NCBI GenBank assembly: GCA_000388065.2
Contig: KB932203.1
DNA length: 55,497 nucleotides
Direction: 5' to 3' (one strand)
Origin: Fonticula alba ATCC 38817
Taxonomy: Eukaryota; Protista; Nucleariida
Shown here: positions 50,801-55,497 of the stretch, in pieces
How the letters are laid out: every line of letters begins with the position of its first letter
Numbering within the stretch: the first letter of the stretch is position 1
Position numbers and translations under genes: made by a program
The notes under the pieces: generated by a model
Told to the model about the DNA's origin: nothing
The model's input: only the letters and a program-made list of their open reading frames with translations
Database searches by the model: none

Positions 50801-53800
50801 GGGATGCTGCGCATCGCCCGGGAAGCTGGGGTTGGTGACACACAGCTATGGATGGGGAGATGGGGGAGGGAGCAAGAGAGGGAGAGGACCGGGCAAACAC
50901 ACACACACACACACAGACACACAGACAGGAAGGTTAGTCCGCAGGGCACAGACGGGGGGATGGGACATAGGCGAACGGTGGAGAGGGGGCGCTCTTCGAC
51001 GAAGAGGACGAAGAAGAAGAAGAAGAAAGGGCGCAGCGAGTTTTCACGCCGAGGAAGAAGACCACACGCACCTTGAAGTGGTCCTCCCAGTTGCTGAGGT
51101 ACTTGTCGAAGACCGCCTCATCGCCCTGCCAGTACTGGGTGACGGACTGGACGACGCAATCCTCCCCCAGGGGCTTGAAGCACAGGTCCGAGAGGGTGAC
51201 ATTGCGCGCGGAGAAGCTGTCGCCAACCGTGGCATGCAGGTTGTTGATGCCAGCCTCCACCTCGAAGAGGAAGCGCATGGTGCTCTCGGTGATGAGCTCA
51301 TGCTGCTCGGGCTGGTTCATGGACACGATGAACTGCTGGGTCCGGTAGAAGGGCCCGAAGTTCTGGTCGAAGTAGTCCTTCTGCGTGCGGGACACGGCAT
51401 TCGGCGCGACCCACAGCTCGATCGGGTCCACCTCGATGCGGAACCAAATCAGCCCCAGCAGGCACACCTCGATGGCCAGCAGGCCGAAGAGCAGGGTCAG
51501 GGCCGGGTGCCGGGCCACACGGAAGCCCAGCTTGAAGAAGAAGCGCTGCATGTAGTCATAGAGGACCCAATCGGCGGCCCGGGTGTCGCGATTCTTCTCG
51601 GATTCCAGGACCTCGGACTCCACCTGGTGGTAGAGGGCCTCGGAGACGGTGTCATCGCGGCCACCGAAGGAGTCCTTCCGGAGGAGGGCATACGCCACCA
51701 TGGCCGTGGCAAAGAGCCCGTAGATGATGATCAGGCTCAGCGACAGGCAGGAGATGGACCCGACCATGCACATGACGCCGGTCTCCTCCAGGGGAACCGG
51801 GATGGGGCAGGACTTGGCGCAGTCCATGCAGGCGCACCGGAAGTCCGGGTTCTCATCGTCGCACCGGTAGAGCGACACGTCCAGCGGCTGCATCACCGGG
51901 TCGTAGGGCTCCGTGGTGTCGGGGAAGAAGATCTTGAAGGGGGAGCCCATGGCCTGGAGAGGGTGGCGGGNNNNNNNNNNNNNNNNNNNNNNNNNNNNNN
52001 NNNNNNNNNNNNNNNNNNNNNNNNNNNNNNNNNNNNNNNNNNNNNNNNNNNNNNNNNNNNNNNNNNNNNNNNNNNNNNNNNNNNNNNNNNNNNNNNNNNN
52101 NNNNNNNNNNNNNNNNNNNNNNNNNNNNNNNNNNNNNNNNNNNNNNNNNNNNNNNNNNNNNNNNNNNNNNNNNNNNNNNNNNNNNNNNNNNNNNNNNNNN
52201 NNNNNNNNNNNNNNNNNNNNNNNNNNNNNNNNNNNNNNNNNNNNNNNNNNNNNNNNNNNNNNNNNNNNNNNNNNNNNNNNNNNNNNNNNNNNNNNNNNNN
52301 NNNNNNNNNNNNNNNNNNNNNNNNNNNNNNNNNNNNNNNNNNNNNNNNNNNNNNNNNNNNNNNNNNNNNNNNNNNNNNNNNNNNNNNNNNNNNNNNNNNN
52401 NNNNNNNNNNNNNNNNNNNNNNNNNNNNNNNNNNNNNNNNNNNNNNNNNNNNNNNNNNNNNNNNNNNNNNNNNNNNNNNNNNNNNNNNNNNNNNNNNNNN
52501 NNNNNNNNNNNNNNNNNNNNNNNNNNNNNNNNNNNNNNNNNNNNNNNNNNNNNNNNNNNNNNNNNNNNNNNNNNNNNNNNNNNNNNNNNNNNNNNNNNNN
52601 NNNNNNNNNNNNGTGATAGGCGCAGCAGCGTGTGCAGGGGGAAATCCAAATGCGTCTGCGTGTGCGTGTGTGTAGGGGGGGGGAGGGGAGGACCTACTGA
52701 GCGAGTGGGGAAGGACTTGGCGCACGGGCCGCGTCCTTGTGAAGCTGGGACATCGGGCAGATCCCGGGGCCGGCGTGTGTATGTGCCTGTGTGCACATTC
52801 GCACGAAAGGCGCGCGCGCAGCAGCGTCATGCAGCGTGGCGCTGCTGCGCGTGCGCCGTGGTGGCTGGCGTCCTGGGGCGCGGGTGGGGCCGGGCGACCG
52901 GAAGGCGAGTGCGCCTGCCGCAGAGCGGTCCCCCCCGGAACCCGCTCCACACCTCTGAGTGGAGACCCATCCGCCTGGAGCAAAGCGTGTCCCCCCCCCC
53001 CCCCCCCCCTCCAGGCCCTTGCGGCGACACATGGGGCGTTTCACCGCGCCAGAGAGGGTGGTCTAAACCGGCTCCAGGATTCCGTGCTCCTCACACCCGG
53101 CGGGGGGGGGGGGGGCATGTGCTCCCAACCGGCGAACCCGAGCCGGGGTGGGAAACTCCTGACACAGTAACCGCGAAGGAGCCTGGTCCGGCTTGAGAGA
53201 AACCACAGCATTAATATTGGCCCAAATACACATCTTCGGTACATGTGGTGTTTGTGCGCGCAGGGGAGGAGCATGCTCTTGTCTGTGTACGCGCGCGCGC
53301 GCGCGCGCATGCCCGTGACACGGAGGCGCGTGGGCCGGAATCGGCCCAAAGTAAACATTGCCCATCTGTCCCGGTCGCATACGCCCGCACATTTGAGCCT
53401 GCCCGTGCGTTAGCGCTTGCGCTCCCGCTCCCGGCTCACCGAGCGGATCTGAAACCCCCGTTCGTGTGTGCACCCTTGCGGGCGTTTTGGTGTGCCCCCG
53501 TCCGCCTCCCGTCCCCCCCGCCCCCCTCCTCCCCGGGGGGGGGGGGGAGAGGGCTGAGGCCCGCCTGGCGACAGGCGCCCGCGTGTGCGCCGCCCCTGCT
53601 GCCTGGGCGCGCGGCTGGGAAAAGACCACACCCCGGCGCGGCTGGCAGCAGCAACGGCACCAGGCGTGCCGGGGAAGGGCGCTGCCGCACGGCGGGGGCG
53701 TCAGCAAAAAAAACAACAACAACAATAGCAGCAGCAACAGCAGCAAGAGCAATAGTCCCGGCGTGCTAGCCCGGGACGGGTCCCACCGTGGCCCGGGAGC

Positions 53801-55462
53801 GGAGGAGCGGCGCCGCACCGCGCGCCCTCGCCGCGCGCGCCCCCCCCCCCCCCCAGGGGGCCAGCCGGGCAGAATCAGGCCATTTTTTTCTGCCATCCCC
53901 CAGCGGGAACGACACCATTCCTCATTTCTCCATATGGGCGGCCCCACCCGGCGGACACTCACCTGCTCGCCCGCTGGCGCCCGGCCCCTGCCCGTGCTCG
54001 CCCCCCCTGCCCCCCGCCAGGCCCGGCGTCTAGGCACCGCACGCTGCGATGGGGAGGGGGGGGGGGGGGAGGGCTTGGGCTCCACGGCCGCCGTCACCGC
54101 GGCCGCCGCCCATGCGCGCCCCCGGCCAACGTCCCCACCAGCCCTCGGCTATTTTGCCCCCCCCCACCCCCAGCCCCGGGGGTCCAAACAGCGGTCAGCT
54201 GGCGCCTAGTCGCCAGTAGTCGCCAGCAGTCGCCGCGCACCGCTCACCTGGGCTGCGCCGGGCGCCTCCTTCGCCGGAATGACGCGCCGCGGAAAATGCG
54301 CCCTCGTCGCCCTCGCAGAACATAGAGGGTCGCGCGTGGTGGGGGCAGGCCGGCCGCTTGCGCATGGCGCCTCACCGATCAGACCCAGGCGCGCTCAAGC
54401 ACACGCCCACACAGTCCGCCCGGAGGGTGGCCGTTTAACTCGATCTCCGCGGGCCCTCGGCACCGGGCCTCCCTTGCGTCTGCCACCCCTGCTCCTGTTC
54501 GGAGGCACCCTGGCGGCCACCGTTCAGGCGTCCGNNNNNNNNNNGGGGGGGATGCGCACCTTCGGGTCACCCATGTAGCGCAGGAAGTCCAGGTAGTTGT
54601 CAGCACCACCACCAATGAAGTCCATGGCCAGGGAGTTGGACATGCCGAACTTGGTCTCGGCGCAGGAGTCATAGAGCTTCTGGCCGAAATCCGCCGACAC
54701 AAAGTACGCCCCGGACATCACCACGTCAAGCCCACTGCCGGAGGGGTCGGTCTGGATGTCGGTGACATTCCAGAAGAGCGACTGGTTCGGATTGCAGGTC
54801 TGGTGGCACCAGAATGACTGCCAAATGCATGGGAAGGGGGAGACGGTGAGCGGGACCCGGCGTCGGGCGGGGGAGAGGAGGTCGACCGATCGACCACCGG
54901 GCGAGCGGCAAGCCGACCGAGCGCGACACATACCTTGAGGTTGGTCCAGCAGGCCGGGCAGTTGTAGACGAAGGTCTGCGCCGCGGACAGGGACTTCTTC
55001 ATGGTGACCAGCTGCGCCGGGGAGCAGCACACCGAGTCAATTCGGTCGCGGGAGAAGTCCGGGCCGCAGAACTCCTCCAGCTCGGCCACGAACTCGGCGC
55101 GGTTGGAGTCAAGCTATGTGCGTGTGTTTTGGTGTGTTGGCGTGTATGCGCATGCGCGTGCGGGCGCGGGCGCGGGCGCGGGCGCGGGGGGGAAGCAGTG
55201 TCAGCACAGGGCCGATGTGATGGGGAAAGCACGGGACAGGCAAGTGGTCAGGGCCAGGGCGCACCGGCACCGCCTGGCGGTTGTCCGGGCACACGAAGGG
55301 GCCCGGGTTCAGCGGATCCACACTCTGACCGCACTCGTCGTAGAAGGCGCAGTACCCCGGGGCGTGAATCTCCGTGTAGCCGGGCTTGGCAAGGACACCG
55401 GCGACGAAGACCGTCAGGAGACAGGCCAGCGCCGCCAACAGCGTGAGGGCGGCGCCCCGCAT
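47849..55462 (-). CDS. NPC1: Niemann-Pick C1-like sterol transporter (NPC1/Ncr1). Exons approx 55462-55265, 55113-54934, 54817-54560, 51953-51072, 50845-50567, 50404-47849
   Basis: Signal peptide, then NTD motifs YCAFYDECG, VCCSPAQL, CPACWTN and WCHQTCNPNQSLF. Middle lumenal domain IEVDPIELWV...YFDQNFGPFYRTQQ. Sterol-sensing domain EVIPFLVLAVGVDNVFIL. Also ELGLDQTIALPDDSYL, IYFEQY and SVFSGITVTKLLG. Confidence 0.95.
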
Positions 55463-55497
55463 GCCGAGGCGGGTCGGGAAAAGCCCAGACGCCCGAC

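Noticed and set aside
47573-52616. 884-aa and 615-aa plus-strand ORFs
   Set aside because: Antisense shadows of NPC1 exons.

Overview
Eukaryotic genomic DNA, very GC-rich, with many spliceosomal introns (GT-AG; donors mostly GTGCGT/GTACGC/GTATGT) and several N gaps. Composition, intron style and gene content suggest a unicellular opisthokont, possibly Fonticula-like. That assignment is inference only. Eight protein-coding genes can be rebuilt by hand-splicing. Four lie in tandem on +: a FUBP/KSRP-like KH protein, DPH2, a TPR/Mlp1-like nucleoporin and importin-beta. Four lie in tandem on -: XPG/RAD2, an M12B metalloprotease, a P4-ATPase flippase and NPC1. The two blocks converge at about 24.1 kb. 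Most long ORFs in the supplied track are GC-rich shadow frames or intron read-throughs. I saw no tRNA, rRNA, CRISPR array or transposase. Best leads: (1) a DPH2 that has lost all three Fe-S-ligand cysteines but carries Cys-rich inserts; (2) a secreted, probably GPI-anchored ADAMTS-like protease in an apparently non-animal genome; (3) a TPR-like protein with its acidic disordered region and NLS at the N-terminus; (4) a FUBP-like protein with two degenerate KH loops, one a natural GDDx; (5) an exact 28-nt element repeated in two DPH2 introns.
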